A model generated the notes under the pieces. It searched no databases and was not told the origin of the DNA. It worked only from the letters and a program-made list of their open reading frames with translations. A program made the position numbers and the translations under genes. From Acholeplasmataceae bacterium (GTDB lineage: Bacteria > Bacillota_I > Bacilli_A > Acholeplasmatales > Acholeplasmataceae), in assembly GCA_963675245.1 (NCBI GenBank), contig OY775910.1, forward strand, positions 1,562,301 through 1,626,300: a DNA stretch of 64,000 nucleotides. The letters are read 5' to 3'. Position 1 is the stretch's first letter, and the number at the start of each line of letters is the position of its first letter. Below are positions 22,341 to 31,286 of the stretch, one piece after another.

Positions 22341-22772
22341 AATACCCAATTGATTGAGCATGTCCAGAATGTATTTTTCACGGTATTTCGATTTCCAATC
22401 AATCGATACCATATGTCCTACATGACCTTCTTTACTTTCAATTAATTTTTTGAATTGTTTTAATGTTTGGGAACCGCCAAGCCATTTATATGGGAAGAAA
22501 TGCGTGATAAAAACGTTAACTATTTTACCCTTTAAAGAGGCTAATTGTCGCACATAGTTCACCATCGGTTTTGCCATTCTGGCACCGTGTGTTGGACAAG
22601 CAAATATAATTTCATCATAATCCGATATATCAGGGATATCTACAAGTTTATTATCCGTACTTTGTGGATAATTATTATTCGTCTTTACTTCCAGTTGATC
22701 ATAACCTTCAAATAGATTCGCAATTATCTTTGTATTGCCTGTTAGCGAGTAGAATACAACGGCTTTTTTCAT
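22323..22772 (-). CDS. Flavodoxin-like protein
   Basis: YSLTGNTK FMN phosphate loop and YDEIIFACPT. Confidence 0.8.
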   Translation of the reverse strand: MKKAVVFYSLTGNTKIIANLFEGYDQLEVKTNNNYPQSTDNKLVDIPDISDYDEIIFACPTHGARMAKPMVNYVRQLASLKGKIVNVFITHFFPYKWLGGSQTLKQFKKLIESKEGHVGHMVSIDWKSKYREKYILDMLNQLGIKKSTT

Positions 22773-22996
22773 CTAATTCCCCTTATTTATGTCGTTCCCC
22801 CGTCGATAATTATTGAATTATCAAATAATAATCATGTTACTATTTTATTACTTTTTCTTCAAAAGTAAAGTGTTTTTTTTATTAAATGCGCCTTATCTAG
22901 ATGATTCTTTGACAAAATATGTAGGAAGTTTGACAAATCGAGTTAATTTGGTTATCGTTAAGGTAGATCCACGATTTGCAGAAAGGACGAACATAT

Positions 22997-23911
22997 ATGG
23001 AATTCTTTCTCGGTATAGATGGTGGCACATTAAAAACAGAAATCACTATAATCAATGCCCATAAGGACATTATTTTTGAATGTGTCACTGGACCTACAGC
23101 CTTAAAATCGGTTGATTTACAGGCGATTAAATCAACCATTAGAATTGCCTTAAAGCCATTTTTAGATGCCAATCAAAATTGTCATTTTAGTGGTGCTTTC
23201 ATTGGTTTAGATGGTCTTAACTTTTTGGCTGAAGCGATTGAAGTTGAAAGTATGCTTCACACATTACCATGCTTTAGCGAAGAAACGAAATTATATGTCA
23301 GACATAATATGGAAAACGCCCTTTACGCAGGACGTTGTTTCGAAGAAGGCATTGCGCTAATTGTAAATACTCATGCAATGGCTTTCGGAAAAGATTTGTT
23401 CCGAACACATCGCACTGGTGGATGGGGATATTATGAAGGTGAATTGGGTTCTTCATATGCTCTTGGGATGGAAGCCATGCAATACGTTATTAGGTGTTAT
23501 GATGGTCGTTACGATATTGATGAATTCGCAATCGATATTGCTAAAGCAATTGGACTTAATGAAGCATCTGATATAATACAGGTGATGTCAGACTTTTACG
23601 AAAGGCATTCTAAAGTGGCCAGCCTGGCACCTATTGTGACCATGCATGCCAATAATTTTAATCCTTATGCTATGCGCATCATCGACCGCGCAACTGAGGA
23701 ACTTGCTTTAATCGTAAAAGGTGTTTATCGTCATTTGAAATTGAAGAATAAAACACTTGTTATAAGTGGTGGTTTAGGGAGTTCAGGTGGTTATTTTAAA
23801 GATCAATTAGAAGCCAAAATTCTTGCTATTGATCCTGACTTTAGAATGATCAAACCACTTTTGAAACAAAGTCAAGCAGCCGCCTTAATGGCAAAGCGTT
23901 TAGCAAAATAA
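22997..23911 (+). CDS. BadF/BadG/BcrA/BcrD (NagK-like) sugar-kinase fold protein with divergent catalytic motifs
   Basis: GIDGGTLKT, GGWGYYEGELGS, VASLAP and ISGGL; start at ATG 22997 after AAAGGA. Confidence 0.8.
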   Translation: MEFFLGIDGGTLKTEITIINAHKDIIFECVTGPTALKSVDLQAIKSTIRIALKPFLDANQNCHFSGAFIGLDGLNFLAEAIEVESMLHTLPCFSEETKLYVRHNMENALYAGRCFEEGIALIVNTHAMAFGKDLFRTHRTGGWGYYEGELGSSYALGMEAMQYVIRCYDGRYDIDEFAIDIAKAIGLNEASDIIQVMSDFYERHSKVASLAPIVTMHANNFNPYAMRIIDRATEELALIVKGVYRHLKLKNKTLVISGGLGSSGGYFKDQLEAKILAIDPDFRMIKPLLKQSQAAALMAKRLAK

Positions 23912-23916
23912 ATAAA

Positions 23917-24016
23917 GAAAAAAAGGACGAACAAGAGACCTGGGGGGGGATAGTCTGTTGTGTCCTTTTTTTGTTCATCATAGCGAACTATGATGCTGCG
24001 ATGCAAAAGGCATCCT
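23917..24016 (-). ncRNA. Candidate ~100-nt small RNA with three hairpins and a C8 loop
   Basis: Own promoter immediately upstream; stems GATGC/GCATC and CATCATAG-UUCG-CTATGATG; terminator stem with UAUCCCCCCCCAG loop and U7 tail. Confidence 0.6.
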
Positions 24017-24021
24017 GACGT

Positions 24022-24050
24022 ATTGTAGCATAACTAGATTTTACTTTCAA
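24022..24050 (-). promoter_or_regulatory. sigma-A promoter driving the candidate sRNA
   Basis: TTGAAA (24050-24045), 17 bp, TACAAT (24027-24022) with extended TG; no CDS downstream on this strand. Confidence 0.7.
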
Positions 24051-24085
24051 GTATAAAATGATAATCTGATCTATTTTAAGCATCA

Positions 24086-24409
24086 TCAGTAAGTAACATC
24101 AGTAATTCGATCAATTTCAATACAGAACCCTTCATGGAATAAAAGCGTCTTGTTAAGCTGTGCATAAGTTTTAATAGTGCCATAAACGGTTTTAAAATAA
24201 CCATCTTCATAATAGGTGACAGAAATTTCTTTATGAGTCAACATGGCTTCTGTAACCATACGATTCAGCATCTCATATTGGTCATCTGATAACATGGGTT
24301 TGTCTTGTTTATCACGCTCATATCGCATAGTTTTAAGAACATCTTGGTAACTAATTAAGGCGTCAAATGGTGCCCATTTAATGATGCCACGATCTTTATA
24401 TTCACGCAT
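24086..24409 (-). CDS. YolD-like protein
   Basis: DRGIIKWAPF...KPMLSDDQ...VTYYEDG; overlaps the stop of the Y-family polymerase. Confidence 0.88.
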   Translation of the reverse strand: MREYKDRGIIKWAPFDALISYQDVLKTMRYERDKQDKPMLSDDQYEMLNRMVTEAMLTHKEISVTYYEDGYFKTVYGTIKTYAQLNKTLLFHEGFCIEIDRITDVTY

Positions 24410-25667
24410 GATGACCACCAATACTTTCATTTCTTCTTTTCTCTGTTGAGTGATCTAATTCACTAGAAGCTCTATTAATACTGTTTGCCCCATGATGTGC
24501 TTTAATCCGATCAATTACATCTAAAATAGTTTCTTCTCTTTTCAAAGCATCTACGTCTTCAAAAATTGAATATTGATAGTGAGATTGTGTGGATAGTTTC
24601 GACAAAGAAATTCCCACACGTCTAATGGGTAACCCCTCATCATACATCTCAAATAATCGAAGACAACTGTCATAGATAGCACGCACGCTTGCTGTCGGCT
24701 CATCTAAGCTTATTTGTCTTGCAAAACCACCACCAAATTCTTTGGCATAACCAATTTGTAGTGAAATGCACTTTGTCTGCTTTTTAGCGAGTCTTAGCCT
24801 TCTGGTTACCTCATCAACCATCTCTTCAATAATTAAAATCACTTCTTCGCTTGAATAATCTCTAAAAAGCACTTGTCCTAAACCAAAGCTTTTTCTAATC
24901 TTTCTAACCTTATCTTTATCTTGGACCATACTCTTATCAATACCGTGTGTATGATAATATAGTTCTTCGCCTAAAACACCAAAGCGATCTTTTAAAAAGG
25001 TAGGATTACTCTGTGCAATATCACCAATACATTGCATACCTAAAACATTCAAATGATGTGCCATACGATATCCAATTCCCCACATTTTTGAAAGTGGTTC
25101 AACAGGCCATAACTTTTCTTTTAAATCATCATATGTCCATTTAGCTATAAAATCTACTGAGTGTTTCGCTTCAATATCCATGGCAAGCTTTGTCATCAAC
25201 ATATTAGGTCCTACACCACAGGTTGCATATAGTTCCATTTTAGTTCTCAATGCTTCCAAAATACGCCTACCTAACTCTACATCTGAACACTGATAATAAT
25301 TTAAATATGATGTCACATCCAAAAATGCTTCGTCTACGGAATAAACATATAAATCATCTTCTGAAATAAAGTCTAGATAAATACCAATAACCTTAGCAGA
25401 ATATTCAAGATAAGTTTTCATTTTTGGTTTTGCATAAATAATGTCCACATCCATAGGTAATTCATAAACACGACACCTAGAAGAAACACCACGTGCCTTC
25501 AAATATGGGGTCACCGATAGCACAATAGAGCCATTACCTCTACCTTTATCAGCTACAACTAATGGCGTAGTAAAGGGATCATAGCCCGCCAAAACACATT
25601 CAACAGATGCATAAAAACTTTTTAAATCAATACATAAAATGTGTCTGTTGATTTGGTATTCTTTCAT
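24402..25667 (-). CDS. Y-family (UmuC/UvrX-like) error-prone DNA polymerase
   Basis: CIDLKSFYASVEC, YSVDEAFLD, MWGIG and C-terminal IGGHHA. Confidence 0.93.
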   Translation of the reverse strand: MKEYQINRHILCIDLKSFYASVECVLAGYDPFTTPLVVADKGRGNGSIVLSVTPYLKARGVSSRCRVYELPMDVDIIYAKPKMKTYLEYSAKVIGIYLDFISEDDLYVYSVDEAFLDVTSYLNYYQCSDVELGRRILEALRTKMELYATCGVGPNMLMTKLAMDIEAKHSVDFIAKWTYDDLKEKLWPVEPLSKMWGIGYRMAHHLNVLGMQCIGDIAQSNPTFLKDRFGVLGEELYYHTHGIDKSMVQDKDKVRKIRKSFGLGQVLFRDYSSEEVILIIEEMVDEVTRRLRLAKKQTKCISLQIGYAKEFGGGFARQISLDEPTASVRAIYDSCLRLFEMYDEGLPIRRVGISLSKLSTQSHYQYSIFEDVDALKREETILDVIDRIKAHHGANSINRASSELDHSTEKRRNESIGGHHA

Positions 25668-25798
25668 GGTTAATCCCTCCTTTGTGTATCCATTATAATC
25701 GGCAGATTTAATGAAAGCAATATGAAAATGTTAACATCAAAAAAAATATAAAAAGCCGATACAAATTATTGCACCGACTTTCTCAAATAAAGTGTCTA

Positions 25799-26224
25799 TC
25801 ATCGTTTCAAATAATCAATAAATTGCATCATTGATTGTCTTGTTGTTGTTTCAAATATAGCCTTGTCAGGTATATTGTCGTGTTCAAATTTAAAATTGAC
25901 AATCATCTTCCACACAAGCTTTCCTTCTTTTTTCATAAAGTGGTTAATACATCGATTAACGACACCTGGTACGCTATACGTCACATCAAACAGATTTCCT
26001 TCGCATAAATCCACGTGGACATTCATTTGCATTTCTCCATCACCTGATTGATAGATGAGTACACCTTTAGATCCTTGTTGAAAAAGTAATCCCTTTTCCT
26101 CATCAATGCGAATGAGATGAGGTTGCCATGCTTTCATGAACTTAGGATCAATGTATTTCAAGAAAGCTTCTTTTGGTTCAACATCTGCAATCACTTCAAC
26201 CACATAATCATAAATTTTCATCAT
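25799..26224 (-). CDS. SRPBCC/START-like hypothetical protein
   Basis: MKAWQP...FETTTRQSMMQF pattern; start trimmed to ATG 26224 after GAGGAGGG. Confidence 0.5.
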   Translation of the reverse strand: MMKIYDYVVEVIADVEPKEAFLKYIDPKFMKAWQPHLIRIDEEKGLLFQQGSKGVLIYQSGDGEMQMNVHVDLCEGNLFDVTYSVPGVVNRCINHFMKKEGKLVWKMIVNFKFEHDNIPDKAIFETTTRQSMMQFIDYLKR

Positions 26225-26930
26225 TTCCCTCCTCATCCATTGAAAATAAATCATGCATTTTTTCTTTTTCAATACATAATTCATCATCGTGAACCGGTGA
26301 GTTAACGTGACTAGATACAGGATACATCGATAAATCATCATCACGATACGGTTTTAAAACTGTTTTCAACTTGTCTTCTGCTTTAATCGCCATGTTTAAC
26401 CAGATTTTTTGACTGTTTTCATCTAGTATAACAGGCATTCTTTCATGGATATGACGCATGGGCTTATTGGCCGTAGTCGTAATGATTGCCACCGTATGAA
26501 CCAAATCACCATTCGCTCTTTTGTAGGTACTCCATAATCCAGCAAGTGGAAATATTTGAGATCCCTTTGTAAAAATACGATAAGGCTGCTTCGCTTTATC
26601 CCATTCGTAAAACGAATCAGCTAAAATGACACAACGTCTTAATCTAACTGCTTCCATAAAGCTTGGTTTACTAAACAGGGTTTCTGCTTTTGCATTGATC
26701 ATTTTAAAACCGATTTTTTCATCCTTGGCAAATGGTGGTACAAATCCCCATTTTAATAAACCTACTTGGTTTTTTTTGCCATCATTAATCACTGAGATTA
26801 TCTCTTGACCGGGAGCGACGTTATATCTAGGAAGATCAATGTCTGTATTAAATGATTCAATATGGTATTGCTCTTTTAAATAACCAGCAAGTTCACCTTT
26901 AGAAAATGTAAATGTAATTCGTCCGCACAT
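26208..26930 (-). CDS. SRAP (SOS response-associated peptidase; HMCES/YedK-like) protein
   Basis: N-terminal MCGR, PRYNVAP, INAKAET, FYEW and IHERMPVIL. Confidence 0.93.
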   Translation of the reverse strand: MCGRITFTFSKGELAGYLKEQYHIESFNTDIDLPRYNVAPGQEIISVINDGKKNQVGLLKWGFVPPFAKDEKIGFKMINAKAETLFSKPSFMEAVRLRRCVILADSFYEWDKAKQPYRIFTKGSQIFPLAGLWSTYKRANGDLVHTVAIITTTANKPMRHIHERMPVILDENSQKIWLNMAIKAEDKLKTVLKPYRDDDLSMYPVSSHVNSPVHDDELCIEKEKMHDLFSMDEEGNDENL

Positions 26931-26976
26931 ATTAAACCACCTTCATATAAAAAAGAAACGCGTAAGCGTCCCTTAA

Positions 26977-27465
26977 TTAAACCTTTTTTGTATAGTCCTG
27001 CTTGCGAATAGAGCCATCAACTTTATGAATAACGATACTAGAATCTGCGTTATCAGCAAGTCCTTCAGCATATTCAATCGCTTCTTTTTGGGTTTGAAAA
27101 TACTTAATTGTTTTATTAGAACCTTCTTTTCTAACACGCCACTGTTTAAAACGAGGACTTTTTTCATCCTTATTTTGTGAGATGTGGTACTTAGCGACTT
27201 TATCATCTACAGCTTTCGACTCAGGTTGTTCTGTTGGTTTATCTTTTACCGTCGGTTTTGGTGTAACAGGTTTAGGATCAACCGGTTTTGGAGTAATAGG
27301 TCTTGGTATAACTGTAGGTTCAATTTTGGATATAATAGTAGGTTCTCTTGGTGCTTCTTTTGTAATGACTTTCTTTTCTTCTTTTTTACCACTAACAAGT
27401 GAAATAATTAACAGAATAAGAATAACTGCACCCGCGGCGATAATCACATAATGATACCATTGCAT
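26977..27465 (-). CDS. Membrane-anchored DUF2188-domain protein with Pro-rich linker
   Basis: N-terminal TM, PKPV/PKPT repeats, C-terminal FQTQKEAIEYA...IHKVDGSIR. Confidence 0.75.
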   Translation of the reverse strand: MQWYHYVIIAAGAVILILLIISLVSGKKEEKKVITKEAPREPTIISKIEPTVIPRPITPKPVDPKPVTPKPTVKDKPTEQPESKAVDDKVAKYHISQNKDEKSPRFKQWRVRKEGSNKTIKYFQTQKEAIEYAEGLADNADSSIVIHKVDGSIRKQDYTKKV

Positions 27466-27548
27466 AATTCATACCTCCTATAATCTATGTCTTGATTTTA
27501 TACTTTTTTTAATTATAGGTCAAATAAATCGCGTTATTAGGCAATATA

Positions 27549-28847
27549 TCACATGCTTCTATGATTAATATGAACGATATTTGATGATTCAATATCAAAT
27601 TCCTTGGTAATAAAAGACTGTGATCTTTCATCAACGATATAACTGAAATGCTCAAATTTGATATGTTCTGTATGTCTTAATTTAACCACATGCGACGTAT
27701 CTTCTATTACATCAGGTTGAATGGTCGGTCTTAAATCTAAATTTAATCTCGTGTTTCTGGTCATGGTATCAATATTAAGTTTACAGTTATTGAAAACGAT
27801 ATGACTGATTGGTGAATTTTCTTCACCATATATCACAACACCATTTTCGCCAATCATGTTAATATTTTTAAATTTGATATGTGAAATACGGCCTACGATA
27901 CTTTCTTCATGACGCTTAAGAGATGACATGAAAACTGGTTCACCAGCTCCCCACCTATCTTCCGATGGATGTCTTTCAGATTGAATGTGTAGATTAGAAA
28001 AAGAAATATTCTCAATATTTCCTTCATCACGCAATTGAAAAGAAATGCCTCTACTAGCCTTTTTAATGGTCACTCTACTAATTGAAATATGCTTAAAATC
28101 ATTCACTGATTCACTTCCAAAATTGATACCAGTATTAGAAGCAACTAATTCACAATTATGTATTTTAATATATTCTGTATTACCATATTGATTTGTACTT
28201 TCTGCATTTTTAAACACAATAGCATCATGAGCAGTTTCAATGTAGCAATTCCTTATTTCCATATGTTTACAGTGATCAGGAATAATACCATCGCAATCTC
28301 TCAATTCAAGATTGTTAAATATTTTCACACTATCAAATAATACATATGAGCAACCCACTAAATAAGTGGTCCATAAAAGGCTATGTTGAAAAGTAACGTC
28401 TCTGATAATTAAATGTTTAATATTTTCAAAATAAATAAGTGGGATTTTCAAATCATGCTTTGTTTTTTTATGACCATCAATAATCCCAGTACCAGAAATC
28501 ATCACATGAACAGCATCTTTGGCATAAATGAACACCTGTGATGGACGATGCATATCGTCTTCGCTTGCTGATATAGATGTTTCATCTGTATCGTCTGAAG
28601 TCATGCTAAGTTCATTATATGTCATATAGAGGGAGATATCATCGACACCTTCTAATAGTGCTCCTTGTTCAAGATGAAGATCAACATGAGATTTTAGAAT
28701 GAAAGAACCTGTTCTAAAATGACCTTCCGGTATGATCACACGACCACCACCACCTTTATTACACGTATCAATCGCTTTTTGAATCGCGTATTGACAATTA
28801 AAACTGCCATCATCAATTGCCCCAAAATCAATAATTGAGTACGTCAT
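27549..28847 (-). CDS. Glycoside hydrolase family 28-like beta-helix protein
   Basis: IDFGAIDDG, AIQKAID, GGGRVIIPEG, LKSHVDLHL and DGIIPDHC. Confidence 0.8.
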   Translation of the reverse strand: MTYSIIDFGAIDDGSFNCQYAIQKAIDTCNKGGGGRVIIPEGHFRTGSFILKSHVDLHLEQGALLEGVDDISLYMTYNELSMTSDDTDETSISASEDDMHRPSQVFIYAKDAVHVMISGTGIIDGHKKTKHDLKIPLIYFENIKHLIIRDVTFQHSLLWTTYLVGCSYVLFDSVKIFNNLELRDCDGIIPDHCKHMEIRNCYIETAHDAIVFKNAESTNQYGNTEYIKIHNCELVASNTGINFGSESVNDFKHISISRVTIKKASRGISFQLRDEGNIENISFSNLHIQSERHPSEDRWGAGEPVFMSSLKRHEESIVGRISHIKFKNINMIGENGVVIYGEENSPISHIVFNNCKLNIDTMTRNTRLNLDLRPTIQPDVIEDTSHVVKLRHTEHIKFEHFSYIVDERSQSFITKEFDIESSNIVHINHRSM

Positions 28848-28866
28848 CTCCTTCTCCTTTCGATAA

Positions 28867-29265
28867 TTAAAATATTAAATTATATAAAACGAATGTGACT
28901 CCTGAAATCATACTTGATAAAAAAGTTCCCCAAACCAAATCAACGGCAGTTACTGTCATTGGCCACGCTTTTAATGTTGCAAGATTTGTCAAATCGTATG
29001 TGGCATAGGCAACAAAACCAAATATACCACCTAACAAAAATGCTTGACCTACAAGACCATCATTGATTGCAGGATAAATGATCAAATAGGTTAATCCTAA
29101 AATGTAAATTAAATAGAAAACAATAGCTGCTATAAAATTAGGTTTTTCTGCTAATAAATGAGATAAATACTTACGATAAAACTTTGGTGCGATTAATCCT
29201 AACCAAATCGCATCAATAACAACAAATATGAATAAAGCAATTAAAGACATCCAAATAAAATTCAT
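28867..29265 (-). CDS. DUF2177 family membrane protein
   Basis: IDAIWL, AYATYDLTNLATLKAWP and VDLVWG. Confidence 0.9.
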   Translation of the reverse strand: MNFIWMSLIALFIFVVIDAIWLGLIAPKFYRKYLSHLLAEKPNFIAAIVFYLIYILGLTYLIIYPAINDGLVGQAFLLGGIFGFVAYATYDLTNLATLKAWPMTVTAVDLVWGTFLSSMISGVTFVLYNLIF

Positions 29266-29267
29266 TA

Positions 29268-30500
29268 TTATTTCTCCTTTTCTAATGCATTCATGTTAAT
29301 CACGTATTGTTCAATATCAAATTTACGTGTTAACCCCTTATCATTCATGTATCTTAATTTCCCGAAAATAGCACGTTCTTTCCAAGCATGATCATGTTTA
29401 CCATAGCACCACGCAACACCTGCATACCCATTGGGTGTTAAACCATCAATGAAATAGCGGTTATTAAGCTTGATAGTGATATCATACGCCTCTTTATATG
29501 ATCCACTCCATTCAATGATCTTTTTGGCCCAATACATACGCATATAACCATGCATATAACCTAGATAAACCATTTCTTTCATCGCCGCATTAAAATAGGG
29601 GTCATGTGTCTTAAATTGGATATAATCTTCTAAATCATAAATATATGATCTTTCATCGTTTAAATGATCTTTCATCGTTTGATAAGCCCATTGATCCGTC
29701 ATATAATCAAATTGATCATATCTACGATTGTAATAAACAAAATTGTAGGCTAATTCTCTTCTTATGATTAACTCATCAAGAAATTTTGATTTCTTATCAT
29801 TGTCAATGCCATTTAACATATGATAAACAGTAACTGGTGAAATGAAACCATACTTTAAAAATGCACTCAATTTCGATGTATAGTCTTTTGAAGGATCATT
29901 TCTTTCAATATAATGATTTAATTTTTTATCAACAAATTGATGAACTTTTTCTCTTGCTCTCAGTTCGCCAATGCACATCTCTGCTTCGGTTAAAACTTCT
30001 TCATCATAAACTTTTAATAAAAGATTAATTTTATGTCTGATGGTATATGCGCCATATTCCAAATGATCACTTGCATCTCTCACTGGAACAAAAACATTTG
30101 ATTCCACCTGAAATAAATTGATGGAAGCAACTTCAGCGACTTCTTTGATCCTATTGAATACGTCAATATCAAATTTAAGATAAGCAAAATCAATAAATAT
30201 TGCCTGAATATCTTGTGATATGATGTGCAAAATCTCATCTCTCGAGATATAGGAGACATTATGGCAAATGACTTTTAATTTATCCACTAAATCAACTGTA
30301 TTTTCATCATAGAATCGTTTACTTTTAGGATTTTCTTCATAAGGTTTAACGACATAAATATGTAAAGATAAAGCGTATTTTTTACTGTACTTAATCGCAT
30401 GATCAAGTGTATAGTTATTACGAATTCGAAACGTTTTTGTCATGACATAAACAACACGTTTTCTTTCAACATGAAATAAAAGATCGTTTTTAATACGCAT
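29268..30500 (-). CDS. Class II CPD deoxyribodipyrimidine photolyase
   Basis: EYGAYTIR, ELIIRRELA, THDPYFNAA, MHGYMRMYWAKKIIEW and IFGKLRYM. Confidence 0.92.
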   Translation of the reverse strand: MRIKNDLLFHVERKRVVYVMTKTFRIRNNYTLDHAIKYSKKYALSLHIYVVKPYEENPKSKRFYDENTVDLVDKLKVICHNVSYISRDEILHIISQDIQAIFIDFAYLKFDIDVFNRIKEVAEVASINLFQVESNVFVPVRDASDHLEYGAYTIRHKINLLLKVYDEEVLTEAEMCIGELRAREKVHQFVDKKLNHYIERNDPSKDYTSKLSAFLKYGFISPVTVYHMLNGIDNDKKSKFLDELIIRRELAYNFVYYNRRYDQFDYMTDQWAYQTMKDHLNDERSYIYDLEDYIQFKTHDPYFNAAMKEMVYLGYMHGYMRMYWAKKIIEWSGSYKEAYDITIKLNNRYFIDGLTPNGYAGVAWCYGKHDHAWKERAIFGKLRYMNDKGLTRKFDIEQYVINMNALEKEK

Positions 30501-31285
30501 TATTTCTTTTTAAACCAAGGGATAAATGCGTTTGTTTTAGACGCATAAGCTTCCCATCCTTCAGATTTACTCATCCGTTTTTCTAACATAGGTACACCGC
30601 TGACAAAACGTAATAAATAGGTGATTACAATGGGACTTATGATGACATATAAGCTTGATAACCCACCACCTACGATGACAAATAATGCAATCCCCCACCA
30701 TAATAATGCTTCGCCAAAGTAGTTCGGATGCCTTGTATAAGCCCATAATCCCTTAGTCATTAATTTTTGATCTTTTTTGGGGTTAGCGATATGATGTCTT
30801 AACTGCCTATCACCGATGACTTCAAATGCATATCCTATTATCCAAATGAAGATACCTAGTCCCAATCCAATATAAGCCCATATGGACAAATTGTTGAGAC
30901 TAAATCCATAGATATTGACATAAAAGGCACCTATACCAACGATAAACATGAATATACCTTGCAGCATAAAAATTTGTAAAAAAGCACGAGGAACAACCCA
31001 CTTTCCCCATGCCTTACGCCAAGCTTGATATCTAAAGTCTTCTTCTTTAAATAAATTTCTCTTTAAAATATGATAAAACAATCTAATACCCCATAAAGAG
31101 ACTAGTAAGTTAATCACTAATTTCTCTATTGAATACCCATAAGTAACCATGAGTATCCAAGAAGTAATGACGAAACCTATTCCCCATCCAACATCAACAA
31201 TACTATTGTTCTTAATGAAGGTAGCTATAACAAAAAAGATGAAAAAATATACAAAAATAATAACGCCTGCCCATAAGAATCCCAT
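30500..31285 (-). CDS. DUF1295 / steroid 5-alpha-reductase-like membrane protein
   Basis: [29 protein letters not shown] and SGVPMLE. Confidence 0.9.
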   Translation of the reverse strand: MGFLWAGVIIFVYFFIFFVIATFIKNNSIVDVGWGIGFVITSWILMVTYGYSIEKLVINLLVSLWGIRLFYHILKRNLFKEEDFRYQAWRKAWGKWVVPRAFLQIFMLQGIFMFIVGIGAFYVNIYGFSLNNLSIWAYIGLGLGIFIWIIGYAFEVIGDRQLRHHIANPKKDQKLMTKGLWAYTRHPNYFGEALLWWGIALFVIVGGGLSSLYVIISPIVITYLLRFVSGVPMLEKRMSKSEGWEAYASKTNAFIPWFKKK

Positions 31286-31286
31286 A

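Noticed and set aside
22908..22937. TTTGACAAA direct repeat upstream of the BadF-like gene
   Set aside because: Explained by tandem -35-like hexamers in AT-rich DNA; only two short copies.
25668..25798. LexA (Cheo) box upstream of the Y-family polymerase
   Set aside because: No GAAC-N4-GTTC match found by eye.
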